This document shows positions 42,201 to 59,084 of a DNA stretch of 64,000 nt, piece after piece (positions within the stretch are counted from its first letter, which is position 1; each line of letters opens with the position of its first letter). Made by a program: the position numbers and the translations under genes. The stretch lies in NCBI RefSeq assembly GCF_009914755.1, contig NC_060926.1; one strand, 5' to 3'. The notes under the pieces were generated by a model that was given only the letters and a program-made list of their open reading frames with translations, had not been told where the DNA came from and made no database searches. Origin of the DNA: the human T2T-CHM13v2.0 reference genome, Homo sapiens.

Positions 42201-44696
42201 CTCATGAACTGGAATGTCAAATACTGGCCTGGTTCACAGTCAATTTCACCAGCCTACACTAATTTCATCATTCCTCTCCATTCTTCCTGGAACTATGAGA
42301 GTTACATAATCCCCCAATTTTTCCCAAAGAGGCAACCCTCTGATGTTTCACTGGTTTGCCCTTACTCCTTTATAAGGATTCAGTTTGCCTGCAAAGAAGA
42401 CCTTCAGGCCATACTACAAACAAACACAGAAACATCAGCAATGTGACCAGATTGCTCAAGGATACAGCTTGTTCAGGACTATTCTGATCCTCCTGAGAAC
42501 ACGCCCACCCAGCAGGTGAAGAGGGCAGTTCAGCCAGATCTGCTCTCCCCACAGCTGACTGCGGCCCTTCCTGCCACTGAAAACCGACACGTGATGGATT
42601 AAATATCATGCCAGAGATTTTATGCCTAATTATTTATATTCCCTAAGGCTAATCTTTAAGAAAACAGTAGAAAATAGCATCAATAGCTTGCAAAAGATAA
42701 CTCTGACACCATCAAAAGCAAGTGTTGCATTTCACCCCGTTCTGCTTGTTAATCCCCCAGCAAGGACTTTCCTTTCATATATTAAAGACTTCTTATAGGA
42801 TGGAATAATGTGCTGTATTATTAACAGCTGGTGGGTGGTTTAATATAGTCACAGGTGAGTGGATTTCCTCCCTTCCACTTTCTCACTACCGTCACTTTAA
42901 AAAAAATCAAAACAAAACAAACAAAAAACTACACCCTCCAGAAAGGACAAGATATAAAACCAATATGTTTGCCTTTCAATTAAAGGCCTCAGGCTCTCAG
43001 CTTGAGTGCAACACTCCAACATCAATGAGAAGATTTTCCTAAGAACTGTGAAGTGTGAGACTGTGGTTGAGAGGCTCACATGACTGAGTAATAATTCGTG
43101 AGTGTTTCTTACAAGAAGCCTGTTAATGAGCTTTAATATCTCTGACAGCTTAGATGGCTCTGGGGTGAAGCTTGGTCTACAAATTGTCACCTTGGGCATG
43201 TATTTTTTCCTGAAATCTTAATCCACCAAGACATAGTTGAAGTTTAACAGTCAAAATGTTCACATGGATTCAAATGTACCTTTTTTTTTTTTCAAGTCCT
43301 GGTCGACAGAACTATGAAAATGGTACCATAGATATAGTCCAAACTTTTCTTTTGAATTTCCTCTTGGAAAAATAAAGAGATAAGTAACTCACTTTCAGGA
43401 AAAAGAAAATGTTTCTGTTTATTAAAATGCATTTGTGGAGCAAAGGCTACAAATTTACTGAGTGTGATGAACAGATGAGGGAAATTTTGAGTGAAGAACG
43501 CAAATGAGTTCTACAATAAAAATATTATAGTCTTCGATATGATTTAATCTGACTTAATCACTCAGTGTTACATATTGCATAAAATTGAGAATTTTGAGCA
43601 TTTATAGAGGCACTGCTGATATCTAAGATATTGTTTGGCAATCTCAAATTTTACATACAAATTTCTTTCACCCAAGACCTCGAATTATTCTGTTGACTGC
43701 CTCATCATATCAAGACAGAATAATACTGACCTTCATCCTCAGAAGAAAAATGAAGCCAAGTAGCTATGAAAAAAAAATAGATTCCTGGCGTGGTATATGC
43801 CCTGGTGTAAGTTCTACCTACATTGTGCCCTCTCTCATGACACACACAAAGGTATTGTTGAGAAAATTAATTGGCCACTCAACTAGTTGTTTGCATCACG
43901 TAATTCAAATTAGTTGTTTCTGTCAAGCAAACTCATTGTTTCTGATCTGTTTATGCATCTCCAGAATAATGTAAGCTCCAGGAGGGCATCCATAGTTTCC
44001 GGGCTAGTTCCTGGATCATGGTCCTCAGTAAATATTTGCTAAATAAATGCCCATTTATTAAAATATTAAAAAACAAATAGGAACTACACTTAAGTCACAG
44101 AGTGGCTATACCTGCTGTCATATTGTAACCAATAAAAAGATTTGAGTATCATCCATTGTCACAGTTCCCAGCTTTGATGATCTACATTGTATTGGTTGAT
44201 TTATGAGAGCCAGAGTTATACTGTGCACACAGAATCCCAAGGGTACAATTCTTATAGATGACGATGACTAAGGGAATTATGGCCTCTGGAACTAGGCAGT
44301 GTGGCAACCCCAGTTGGTTTCACTGGTAATCATCAACAACCCCGAGGAATGATGTATGACCAGTCTTACTTCTAAGCTAAAGAGAATCAAGATGGGTTGT
44401 TCTTTGAGTGTGCTTTGAGAATTGAAGGTGCCTTGTGATATTACAAGTCTGAGGATCCCTTCTACAAGTTTCTCTCAGATGGGGATAAAAATCCTGCACA
44501 GGCTTCCTCACTGGGGTGCTGTGAATCTCTGGCCTCTATTTGCTTATCTGTGAGCCCAGAAGGGCTAAACCCAGAGACTGCTATGGACCTCTTGCAGTTC
44601 TGACATTGTATAAATCTGTAATAGAAAGAATCCTCAGAACTCAGACACATGTTATGATTATCACCCTTAGCATCAAAGACTCAACTCACATAGTGA

Positions 44697-45015
<319 letters not shown>

Positions 45016-45104
45016 TCAACAAATATTTAGAGAATATCTATATGCTGGGGAAAATAGTCACTGGGTAAAGGATATATCTAATCATCCCATCATCAATAAT
45101 TGAC

Positions 45105-45315
45105 TGAAGTGTCAGCATACATTAAGTACTTAGTTTGCACCAGCCACTTTTCATAGATTTTATATATTTTACTAATCCTCTCAATAACCCAATAAGGTAG
45201 GTACAGATAAGGAAACTGAGGCACAGAGAGGGTACACCTACCACCAGTAAGTGTAGGAGCTAGGATTCAAATATAGACAGTATGACTCCAAAGCCATTCC
45301 TCTTAACCACTATAC
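45105..45315 (-). mobile_element. MIR
   Basis: MIR core 'acagataaggaaactgaggcacagagagg...ctaggattcaaa...tgactccaaagcc'. Confidence 0.8.
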
Positions 45316-45799
45316 TATAATAATTAAGAAGAAATTACAAAAGATAACAAAGAATGTGGAGTTACTCATAGAGTCTTTATTTCCTACATGGAGTTAACTC
45401 ATAAACTGAAGTCAAGTAATTATCCACATGATCTAAAAGAGGTTTGGTGGCAGGAATAAGGTTAAAAACAACAACAATGACAAAAACCCAAGCCTCCATG
45501 TTTTTATATATTAACTTGTGCTAATATGATTATGTTGAATTAAAAAGAACAGTTGAGGAATTTAACCTTGGGTGAGTGTGAGGTGCTTTTGATGTGGGGT
45601 CACTTTGAATAACCCAGATGAAGGCCCAAGTCCCACTTCCATGTGTTGAGTGGGAGAACACCACTGAAGATTCTAATGCTCTCAGGCCTTTTCTTCTTCA
45701 CTCCAACAGTATTGACTTTGTGCACTACAGAGACCAGCACTACTGGCATGCTGCAGCATGTGATTACCACGTTGACTTCCAGAGCCACATCCAGCTGGG

Positions 45800-46010
45800 A
45801 ACTCAGAAGGAACTAGGTGTGAATCCTGGCTCTCCTGGAAGAGTGGTTTTGCTAGGTTCCTCAGTCCCACTAACTTCAGGTTTCTTATCAAAGTAATGGG
45901 GAGAAAAACACCACCTACCTAATAGGATTGTTATGACAGAATGTAAATGACATGATACACTTAAAGACAACACAAGGCCTTGGCACATAGTAAACACTCA
46001 AAAAACTGTT
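45800..46010 (+). mobile_element. MIR
   Basis: 'ctaggtgtgaatcctggctct...cctacctaataggattgttatga...tggcacatagtaaacactcaa'. Confidence 0.75.
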
Positions 46011-48124
46011 TTCTGTTAGTCTTATATAATGCCACTCCATAGTATTCGACAGTATTTTCCAATTAGGCTGTACACCAGAAAGCAGGGTTTCTAAGACTCA
46101 CTTTTCTGTATTTACCTTTGTGCTTAGTATGTATTAGGCTCCATAAAGACATATTGACAGATTGAATGGCAAGTGGGGCAACAGCTGAGATCTAAGTTCT
46201 CTATGTACAAAGTCCCAAAACAAAAAAAGACAGCAAATGAGTGGATTACCATTTGGTTTTTTGATCATTCTATTGCTATTCATATGATCAGATTTCTTCT
46301 CTTTTATAAATCACAGGAATAACTTCAGGAAGCCTCAGACATCCTCATATAAGGTTAAATATTTAAAACAGAGCTGTGTGGGAGTGTTGAAAATATCCAG
46401 ACAAACATATGCTGGAAACCTTTTGTAAAGCCCCACCACAGTACAGTGAGCCCAGGATGGCTGCAGCAGTCCCCAGCTGTGCACTCAGGGCATAAACACC
46501 CATTTGTCAGGGGCTGTCCATCTTGAGCACAGCTCACAGTCCCCTTCTCAAGAATGAGGTCACCACAGAGCCCACATGGGCAGACAGGCTGCAGAATAAG
46601 ATATATCTGGGTGCAGATGTGGGAGGAATTGGGACTAACAACAGTAATGGAAACAGGAAATGAGTTACGTCAGCCCAACAGCACAGTTGTTGAAAAAGCA
46701 AAACTTAGCCATGTAGTATAATTTTCATGTTTCATAATGTTTATCACCTATCAGCCAACTATACCAATGGGTTGGACTGTCACTATGAAAAAAAAAGAAT
46801 CCTTCAAAGGTGTCCAGCAGACCCCTTTCCTACCACAGATGGTCTTCTTAAGTTTCTTCCTGTGCTCTGAATCAATATATCACTAGATCTAAAGGGTCAT
46901 CTCATTCAAATGCTTCAACTGCAAAATCTTACTTTTTTCTCTACTGTTTAATGCCACTATAATGAACTTCGCAGGGCCTTTGAAAGCTAGACAGGCCTCA
47001 CTGATGTATAAAACAAGAGAGAAAAAAAATGGATTCCTTGGTAATAAAAGAGCAAGCCTCTTCCCTTATGGTACAAACATACATGTATGTTCATAGTATG
47101 CACATATTCACAAGCACACATATACATGCCTGAGCACAAACACACACTTATTGTTTCTACTCTTTAAACGTGAAGTTATTTGGGGAAAATTGTCACTGAG
47201 TCTCTGGGCTAGGAGAACAGCAAATCATTAATCTCTCAAGATGGTTAGCTTATGCTTGCTGCTGTGATGTTATTGACCTCACCCTCTAAAAGTACATCCA
47301 AGGCTGTCTGCTGACCTGAAAACTTTGTTTGAACACTCTGCCACACTATCCTTGACTTCACATAGACCTTTATGTCTTTTTGGCTGCTGATAAAAGTCAT
47401 GCACAGTTAAGACATACAATCTGACGAAATTACCAGCACCTAGCTCTGCTTAATTCTTAAAAACTGTGTATAATATTATACTCTTCCTAAAAAGCCATTA
47501 CTTTACTCTCTAAAATGTGCCAGCTTGTTTAAAACTTGAGAAGCATCCTACACAAAACTCTTCTTAATTCTGCACTCTCTGAGATCATTCCATTTTCTGA
47601 AAGCTTTAAAATCTATGTGCCATATCACCTATTAGCAAAACATCTTACACTCTTCTCTCATTGTTTCACATATATTAGACTTGTTTTCCTAAGTGAAATG
47701 GGCTCAGAAAGAGTTGAAACTTAGGGAAAATGCTTAGAAGGATAGCAATTTTTTCTTAATTTGTTATTTTAAAACAAGAGTGGGAAGGAAGACAAAGCCT
47801 ACTGAGTTGATTAACTGTTAATTTTTAGAATTAAGTAGAATGTCCCAGATTTCACATTGTCTTTCAAACAGAAAGATATTCATTCTGGAAAGGACAGTAC
47901 AAACAAGATTATGTAGGAGAAAGTAGTGCCTAAGTTGAGAAATGGAAATATAAGTCTAGGAAGCCAGGAAGAATGAATTTGATCCTGTAGCTCAGAAGAA
48001 ATTATGCACTCAAGATAAAATTACCAAACTCTTTAGAAAACCACAACGCATAGAGGATATCTTAGCAACAAGAAGACTACACAGTTTGTCTGGCTACAAA
48101 CTCAATACCGTCCATTATTTAATA

Positions 48125-49140
48125 ATTCATTCATTAACAAATATGTGTCAGGAGCCTACTAGTGTCTGTAAGTACATAGTATATATCTGGAATTGTTTTA
48201 GGCACCTCTATGCAAAAAACAAGACAGGTAAAATTCCTACTCTGATGGAGCTGACATTCTAGAGGTAGAGACAGAAATTAAACAAATGAACAAATAAACA
48301 TATAGTGGCAGCTAGTGGTAAGTTCCAGGAGGAAAAATAAAGCAGAGTGAGGAAACAGAATGTGACTATGGAAAGATGAGGGATTGTGTTTTAGATAGAA
48401 TTATCAAAGATGGACTTTTTAAGGAGGTGATATTTGAGCATAAATTAATTGAGGGAATAGCCAAGCAAGCAAGGACTGAGAGAACATTCCTGGCATAGGA
48501 GACAGTAGGTACAAGAGCCTCAAGTAAGGGAGAAGGTTAATGTGTTCAAGAAACAGAAGGAAAGATGATGGTTATATTAATTGGCTTCACTTGAGTCACA
48601 TTTTTACTATCTATAAATATCCCATACATTGTGTTGTATACCATAGATATATACAATAATTTATTTAAAAAAAAAAAGACCCAGTAACATGGGAGAGGTA
48701 GGAAGGGGCCAGATCATGGAGGGGTTTGTGGGCCACAGTACAGAAGCCTGGATTTTGTCAGGGTGAATTGGAGGATTCTAAAATTTTTGAGTAAGGAAGT
48801 GTCATAATCTGATTTGCAATTTAAGAAAATTGCTCTGTCTTCTGTTGGAAAACATACTAAATAAGATTCCAGAGAGGAAATTCTGAGACAAGTGAAGAGG
48901 CAATTCCATCTGCCCAGGAGAGAGATGGCAGTGACTTGGACTGGGGTGATAGTTGTGGAGGTGGTGATACCATTTGAAAGATGAGTAGATGGGACATAAC
49001 AATGGATTGCTTAATGAGAAGGAGTCAAGTATGGTATCCAAATGTCAGCCAAAGCAACTGGATGAATCATGGGGCCATTTACTAAGATGGAAAAGATTGG
49101 TGGAGTAGCAAAATTGAGAGCAGGGAAGAGAATCAAAAGT
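48125..49140 (-). mobile_element. L2a fragment
   Basis: 'attcattcattaacaaatat...caagacaggtaaaattcctactctgatggagctgacattctag' and 'agcaactggatgaatcatggggccatttactaagatgg'. Confidence 0.85.
48566..48677 (+). mobile_element. Short L1MA-type 3' end inserted in the L2
   Basis: 'gatggttatattaattggctt...tgttgtataccatagatatatacaataatttattt' plus poly(A). Confidence 0.65.
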
Positions 49141-49229
49141 TGCATGGGAATGGAGCCTATTAACTATATAGTGCAATTGCTTAAAAAGCTAATAAGATTA
49201 ACTATATTGATACAAGTTTAATAATCCAG

Positions 49230-49690
49230 ATCAAAAAAAAGCACAATACATCCTCTCCTGTACACTATTTGTACTACATCCTAACCCCTCCGTTCAGTAC
49301 TACACCCTACATTTTAAGAAGGATATTAACAAAGAGAACAGTATTCAGAGGATGGAGTTTAGGAAGGAGGAGGAGCTCACATGACATGAAAAATGCTTGA
49401 AGAAATTGAGGACCAGAGAAAAGAAGAGATGTTGCTGAGAAAGATGGGTGCAAAATATGGTAGTTGTCTTCAAAGATTTAAAGAAATGTAACATATCCCA
49501 TGTGACTACAAAAGGAACTTGGTAGAGACGAGTAGAAGACAGGAGGCCGACTTCAGAAAGAAGGAACTTCTATTAATTAGAAAGGTGTCCCAAAGAGACT
49601 GGCCAAGCACTCTTTAGGGGTGTGCATCAAATAACACATTGGATGAGATGATATCCAAGTCCCATCCATCATGGGGGTTCAGTAACTCCA
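49230..49690 (+). mobile_element. L3/CR1 LINE fragment
   Basis: 'acattttaagaaggatattaacaaa...ttcagagga', 'tagttgtcttcaaagatttaaag', 'aaggaacttctattaattaga'. Confidence 0.55.
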
Positions 49691-50439
49691 GATGCTAACT
49701 CTTTCTAGGTAGAAAACATTTTGATAATTTTTTAAAGTCTCCAAAAGGGCAGATAGTTGAGGATCAAAATATACTTAGCAATTCAATCTTTTTACTAGGC
49801 ATTCAGACCTAGCTAATAGAACCTTTTAAATAGCTGTCAGGTTTTTTTTTTTTTAATTACTTTGTATTTTGTGTAGGCGTGGGGATGAGGAATCTATTCT
49901 CTGCAACAAAAGCCTAGATCAACTCTATCAATCATTAATAATAGACAAAGGATCATGTTAACGAAGGATAACACAGAACTCTAAGAAGTCACTTGGTGAA
50001 TCTCTTCTGATCCTAAAGAGGACTGGATGGAGGAACCACCTGGTGGAGTGAGAAGAGAACAGACATTCATCTTCTTGCCAACAACCTTGCCAGTGACCTT
50101 GAACAACTGCATTTTAAATGATTGTTTTAAGAATAAAATGAGACAGTCCAGGTAAAACACCAAGCAGAGTGTCTAGACCTTGATAAAATGGTGGCTATTA
50201 TTTTATTGCTATAATTATTCAGAAATGTTAAATCATTTCTATATATTGAGCTGTCTGATCTTTGGTTTAAGAATCTCCAGGAAGATGGTGTAGGGCCTTT
50301 CCAGGGTCTTCCTTTCATAATGTTTAGAGCATGGTTCTGAGGCTCCCTGATGTATCATCTATAAAATGAGAGGGTAGGATGACCTTTAGATTCTTCCAGC
50401 TCTTATAGAAAATGTTACTGTGAGATTTACCACCACAGA

Positions 50440-51260
50440 GAATATTCCAAAAAATGTGCTAAAGCTCTAAAATAGAAATTAATAAGAAATTTTAGTAAAA
50501 GTGGTTGACTAGGAGATGACCATGTGGAAATCAATGACTTTTCTTTATACTAGTTAGAAAATATCATGAAAAAATATGACATTTATAAAAGCTAAATCCA
50601 TAAAATACTTTACAATAATTTTAGCAGGATATGCAAGAGACCTATATAAAGAAAACTTCAAATTGCTCCTGAAAAATATAAACTAATTATTGGATAATTG
50701 GAGACATAATATTCTTAGGTGGCAAAACTAAATGTAATCATATTAATTACTGACAAATAGACTTGTTTGTTTAAAGTATATTTAATAAAATTTCCAATAG
50801 CATTTTTTCTGTCCGTTAGCATGGAAGAAAAAGTTTCAAAAGTTTATATGAAAGAATATATATGGAAGAATAGTTAAATACATTTTGAAAGAAAATAGAA
50901 GTGAGAAAAGACTGGAACAATACCATAGGCTTTATATTTCACCACATGCGCAAACTAAGTTCTCAGTGTACTTAAGAGCTAAATGTAAAGTCTAAGCCTT
51001 AAAAACTAGGAAAAAAAGTGGGGAAAGCGGGGGAAGGAAGAAGAGGAGAATGACCATTTGTCATCTTTCTAGTGAGGGAAAGACTTACAAAAAGAAAGAA
51101 AGTGAAAAAGCCCATGAGAATATTGATTATTTAAGCACATAAAAATTTATATTACTTGTCAATTTAAAATAATATAAACTAAATTAAAATGCATATAAAA
51201 TAGAATAATATTATCAAGAATATGACAGAGATTTAGTATTCAATATATTAAAAAATCACA
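50440..51260 (+). mobile_element. Decayed L1ME ORF2 fragment
   Basis: 'ataaaatacttta...atatgcaagagacctatataaagaaaactt' and 'taagagctaaatgtaaag'. Confidence 0.6.
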
Positions 51261-51267
51261 TACAGCT

Positions 51268-52113
51268 TGTCTTATTCCAGGTGTCTAAGAAGCAAACAAT
51301 AAGACAGAATTAAAAGTACAAGAATTTTAGTAGGCATATTAGGGCTCCCATAACAAAATACCACAGCTAGGTGACTTAAATGACAGAAATTTATTGTCTC
51401 ACAGATGTGGAGGCTAGCAGTTGGAAATCAAGGTGTTAGCCAAGTTGGTGCCTCCTGGGCATGAGGGAGAATCTGTTCCATGCCTTCCTCTGGCTTCTGG
51501 TGGTAATTCATTGGCTTGTATATGGTGTTCTTCCTGTGTCCTCACTTTGTCTTTTCTTTGTAAGCATCGGTCTCTTCACCTGGTGTTCTTGACTATATAT
51601 GCGGACATCTATCATCCTTGGATTAAGGGACCATCCTACTGCAGTATGACCTCATTTCAACTAATTGCATCTGCAACAACCTGATTTTCAAATAAGGATA
51701 CATTCTGAGGTACTGGGGTAGGATTTCAATATATGAATTTTGAGGGAACATAATTCAACTCATAACCTTAGGGGAAATGCCCACATAAAAGGAAGTAAGA
51801 AGGAAGACAAGCAGACTGTGAGAGCCACCGGAGCTGCTGGTAGAGGGTGCAGACTGTCTTACAGTCTAAGAGGTGTCAGAAAGTCAGAGAGAAATCCTTG
51901 AGACAAAGTCAGCTGACAAAAGTGTTCTATCTTCTAAGAATGGGTCTGCTTCAGTATCCCCACTACCCTCAGTCTTTGGTGAGGGGCAGTGCATTGGTGG
52001 CGTGGCTTGGGCATAAATAGGGCAGTGGATTTCAAAGTGCTGCAGTTGGAACCCTCAGTCAATGCCATTTCTGTAGTCAACAGTCTAGAAGCTGTTTCCT
52101 CTTGGCTGACACA
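51268..52113 (-). mobile_element. ERVL LTR16-like solo LTR split by MLT1C
   Basis: 'gaatgggtctgcttcagtatccc...ctcagtctttgg...gtggatttcaaagtgctgcagttgg...cttggctgacaca'. Confidence 0.65.
51331..51766 (-). mobile_element. MaLR solo LTR, MLT1B/C-like
   Basis: 'cataacaaaataccacag...gaaatttattgtctcacag', 'gagggagaatctgttccatgcc', 'cattctgaggtactggggtaggatttcaatatatgaatttt'. Confidence 0.85.
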
Positions 52114-52114
52114 A

Positions 52115-54975
<2,861 letters not shown>

Positions 54976-57900
54976 ATAGCCTCATTTCTCTTTCAGAGTA
55001 AACTTACAACAACAAAGCCATACCCACCATGGAGAAATAGCTTGTCTGCTTGGCTTAGTGACCTTCCTTTCTAGTGCTCAGTTAGCCATTGCTACAGTTT
55101 TAATAACACAGCTTGTCAGAGTCCACAGTTCAAAGAAGATGTTGTAGTTTGCAAATTAGGCAAATGGACAGTGAAATTCTATTTTTTCCTTCCTTTCTCC
55201 AAACCAAAAAGAAGATCATTAGAAACAGATACAAGATCTTTCTTGCAAAACATCTAGTCTAATTTTCAGCACAAATTGTTCAGAGAACTTTTCATGCATC
55301 TGACATGGAAGAACTTAATTGATATTCAATTTTGGAGGAGAGAATAGAAAGAGAAGAAAAAATTTACCATCCCATGAACAATAGCTTGTGAACAAGCTTT
55401 AAGGCTCTTGTACTGTTATGAGGGCTTGCCTCTGAAATTCCACTTTCAAATGCCTCCCAACTACATTACTCACACGATTTCTGACCACATCCCTCTAACT
55501 CATTCCAGTTTGTCAAGACGTCTCCACTTTTAAGTACTCCCCTATCCCTGGAGTGTCATTTCATTGTTTCTTGGCTTGAAAATAGTACCTTAGTTTGTCC
55601 CATCAACCTTTTCTCAGGGAGGCAGTCAGCACATTTTAGCAGACTTTACAGTATTAAAGGAAAAGAAAAAAAAGCCCTTCCTGATGTCTGTTCTGAATTT
55701 GTTTGTGTTCTATTCTGTGTATATCCCTCCTTTGTTCTGTCCTCTGCCTCAGACAGAAAGCAATCATCCTGCCTGAAATATATCTATAGCCAAGGCTCCA
55801 TGTAAATTACGGAGAGAGATGACAAATTTCATGGCCTGGTTATGGTAAAAATGGCAAATTTCACAGTTTGTCATGGATTAATAGAAAGGGAAAACAAACA
55901 CAAATGAAGTCATCCCAGTTGTTAGAAATAATTCCAGAGTGACTATTTGATGAATTTAAACAATGGGATGGAATGCAGGCCGCTCAACATGCAACCCATG
56001 ACTTTAAATTTAATAAAGGGCCTTGTAGTTTTATTATACTCAAAACATCCTCAAGATGAAGGTTGAATCCAAACACGCTTTGCACTTCAGCCTGAGCCCA
56101 TAAGGAGCAAGCCCCAAATTCCAAAAAACCTGAGTTTCCCCTCCTCACAGAAAATAATAAAGCATCCGTGAAATGTTTTCATGATGAACCATGGAGTGCA
56201 GATTTTTAGGGTCATTGGTGACATCATGATAGATGAGGAGATTTATCTACATGTTTGGAAATGTTACACAGCTCAGTCGAACCACCTGGAAAATATCTTT
56301 AAAAGATTAAGGAACTGAACTCATCTTCATAGTTCATTCTCTTTAGCGCTAGTTTCAACTTTATTCCCTCTCTTTGCTCATTCTCAGTTACTACTGCAAC
56401 CTTGTGAAAAATGTCTTGACCAGGGCTTCATTCACCACGGGATTCTGAGTAAGGTCTCATGAAAGAATTGGATAATCCATCATCATCTCTTTAAACTTAG
56501 ATTCTGTAGCCAGTGCTTTAGGCCTGGCATTCCTGTGGCTTTGGTAACCGTCCCCACATTGTCTAAAATCCTTCAAAAGAATCTCTCATTGTTGCAGAGC
56601 TTGAGTAGTGTTTTTGCACTGTACTTCATGTCTGCATCTATATTTTGCTTATCATCCATGTATTCCTTGAGTATTTGTATAGCATTCATGCCTGAATGAA
56701 ACAAATTCTGAAATTATGGCAAAATTATATATAGACAGATAATTCATTGGAACTGGTATTTTCACACTGCCTGGTATTTAATTGTCAATCTAATCAAGTT
56801 GAACATAAAAATTTAGCCTGAATAATTCTTTTAATCACTTTAGATTCTTCTACATAAATGAAGACCCCTAACACGAATGTAGATATTAGAATACATGTAG
56901 GTAAATAGAGGTAGGAAGATAAAATAAATGGCGACATAGATGCCTTGAAGCACTAAAGATTTAGGAACTGTCTAAAACTCTTGGGTGGAATAAGCACAGG
57001 GCATTCTGAGGGGTAGACTGGGCCATTCTAATTCCCTAACAAATAAGGCATAGTTCACTTTTCATCTTTGCATCTTAATAGACTATTATATTAGAAGCAA
57101 TCACATTTGGTTTATTGTCAGCTTAAAAATCATGACTAACTTATCTGGAAATTGAAAATAAGTGGCAAAGTGTAGTCCAATAATGCTGACTCTTTTTTTA
57201 GGCTAGTGGGAGATTTTCCAGTATGTGGAAAGGAAGACAGCAAGTTGACAATTGCTTCACCTTCAATCCCTTCAGTGCTTACGTAACTGTCTGCCCCGCA
57301 CTCTCATCTTGTTTCTATGTCACCTTGTAATGTCCCTGTCTGCATGTCTTACTCACACAAGTAGACTGAAAGTTCCTTTAGGGAGGGGTCTTCATTCTCT
57401 TTTAATTCATCCTGGAAACACTGAGAACAATTCAGGGCCATAAGTTCTAGCTGGCTTGAGAGACACTCCTAAAGCCCACATCAAGGCCATCAGCTGCACA
57501 GCTTGCTAATTTAACTGTAGTCATTTGCAACAGGTCTTCCTAAATCATTGCTAAGGTCTCAAGTCTCCAGAGCTCCATGGAACAACCCCAATGAATATTC
57601 CCAGCACTGCCATAGAAAACAGTTTCATATGCAAATATAGCCACTCAGCTTTCTGATCATAGAAGCTCTGCATTAAGGAAAGGCTGCTGGAACATCTGGT
57701 GTCCCATCAAGTTTCCAATATCACTGTCAGTAAACAGTGAGCTCAACTTAGAGTGCAAGGATAAAGGCCCTAGGCTCTGGCTGAGCCCCCGTTCCATATT
57801 GCTGATGGAATCCGAAGAGTATAGCCATTTGCTCTAAGTCTGTGACAAATGATATAAATTCTGGCAGATAAGGCAGAACTTAAATCTGAATGTGTTTTAA

Positions 57901-58859
57901 GGCCACAGAGTTTTGTAAGGTTAGTGGTACTTGGAAAAGGATGCAGCATAGATTCTAATTCCTTACACCATCTTCCATTGTCTCCTCATTGCTTGTCTTT
58001 CCCAAAACATTGTGTTAATCCTCATTCCCTGAAAAGAAGACTGCGATTTTCTTCCCGGGAGAGGGATCAAAGAAGTGGGAGGAATACCATGGAGCCAGTT
58101 TAGAGGAAGAACTATTTTTCCACAAATCAGAGGCTGAGAAAAACTAAGAGTTGAATGAAAAGCGAAAAACTAAGGAACGCAAAGCATTCCCTGAAGCAGT
58201 GGCTAAAACCAAGTGAACCAGAGCATGAAAGGAAAATAGATACCCAGAACCAGAAGCTGAAACCCTGATGCATCAAAAGCGACAGATCTAAAACCAATGG
58301 GCTATGATCTAAACAATGGCCACTTCCATTTGCTTGCTGTCATAAACCAGTTTAAAACAGATGCTTAAAGTCACATACTATAAAGAACAAAGAAAAAAAT
58401 GTGCATTGTCTCTTCTTTATGTTTCTTTCATCTCATAGAAAAAATGACCATGGCTCTTAAACTCGCCCAGTGGAAAAATGAGACCCAATTTGTGTATTCT
58501 TAAAGTGGGAGGCTGGCTTCCTTGACCTCTCTTCTTGACTCTGTCCAGTACACTGAACTGGCTCTGGGTCTTTTTTCACCTACAACAGTGGAACTCTCAT
58601 TTTGGGTTTCATGGCTGCATGAGAGGCAGGGCTTGATCTTATTAGGCTGGGTACAGGTGGAAGTCGTAAAGATGTGGTTGATACCCTCAAATAGAGGTTA
58701 TTAAAACTGGGAAAATAGCCAGAGGTCTCTTACACAGTTTCCTCCTCCTCTGCCTGATACCTATCAGGTGCATCTCATCTCACATTGCTCTACAGCTAAT
58801 GGACCTTCCTAATGGACCTGAAACATCTCCAAGTATTCTGTTGCCAGAGCAATGGTAGC

Positions 58860-59015
58860 AATCAGAGAATGGTTTACTGGTTAGCAACCTAAGCTCTGAG
58901 GTTAAATTAAGTCTACTAATGCAGACCTTCGTTGCCCCTTACTAGCTATGGAGCTGTGATCAAACTACTTAATCTCTTTCAGGCTCAGATTTTCAATTTG
59001 GTAAATGGATATTCT
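58860..59015 (+). mobile_element. MIR fragment
   Basis: 'cttactagctatgg...cttaatctctttcaggctcagattttcaatttggtaaatgg'. Confidence 0.55.
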
Positions 59016-59054
59016 AAAGGTGTATGTATTAGACAGGAAACAAAGTCTGGCTGC

Positions 59055-59084
59055 GATGATGATGATGATAATGATGATGATGAT
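59055..59084. repeat. (GAT)n trinucleotide repeat
   Basis: gatgatgatgatgataatgatgatgatgat. Confidence 0.9.

Noticed and set aside
41994-42446. 150-aa ORF
   Set aside because: Starts at a TTG inside the MLT2 LTR; no recognisable homology.
47076-47091. 16-bp perfect palindrome aacatacatgtatgtt
   Set aside because: Lies in CA/TA low-complexity sequence where such palindromes are expected.
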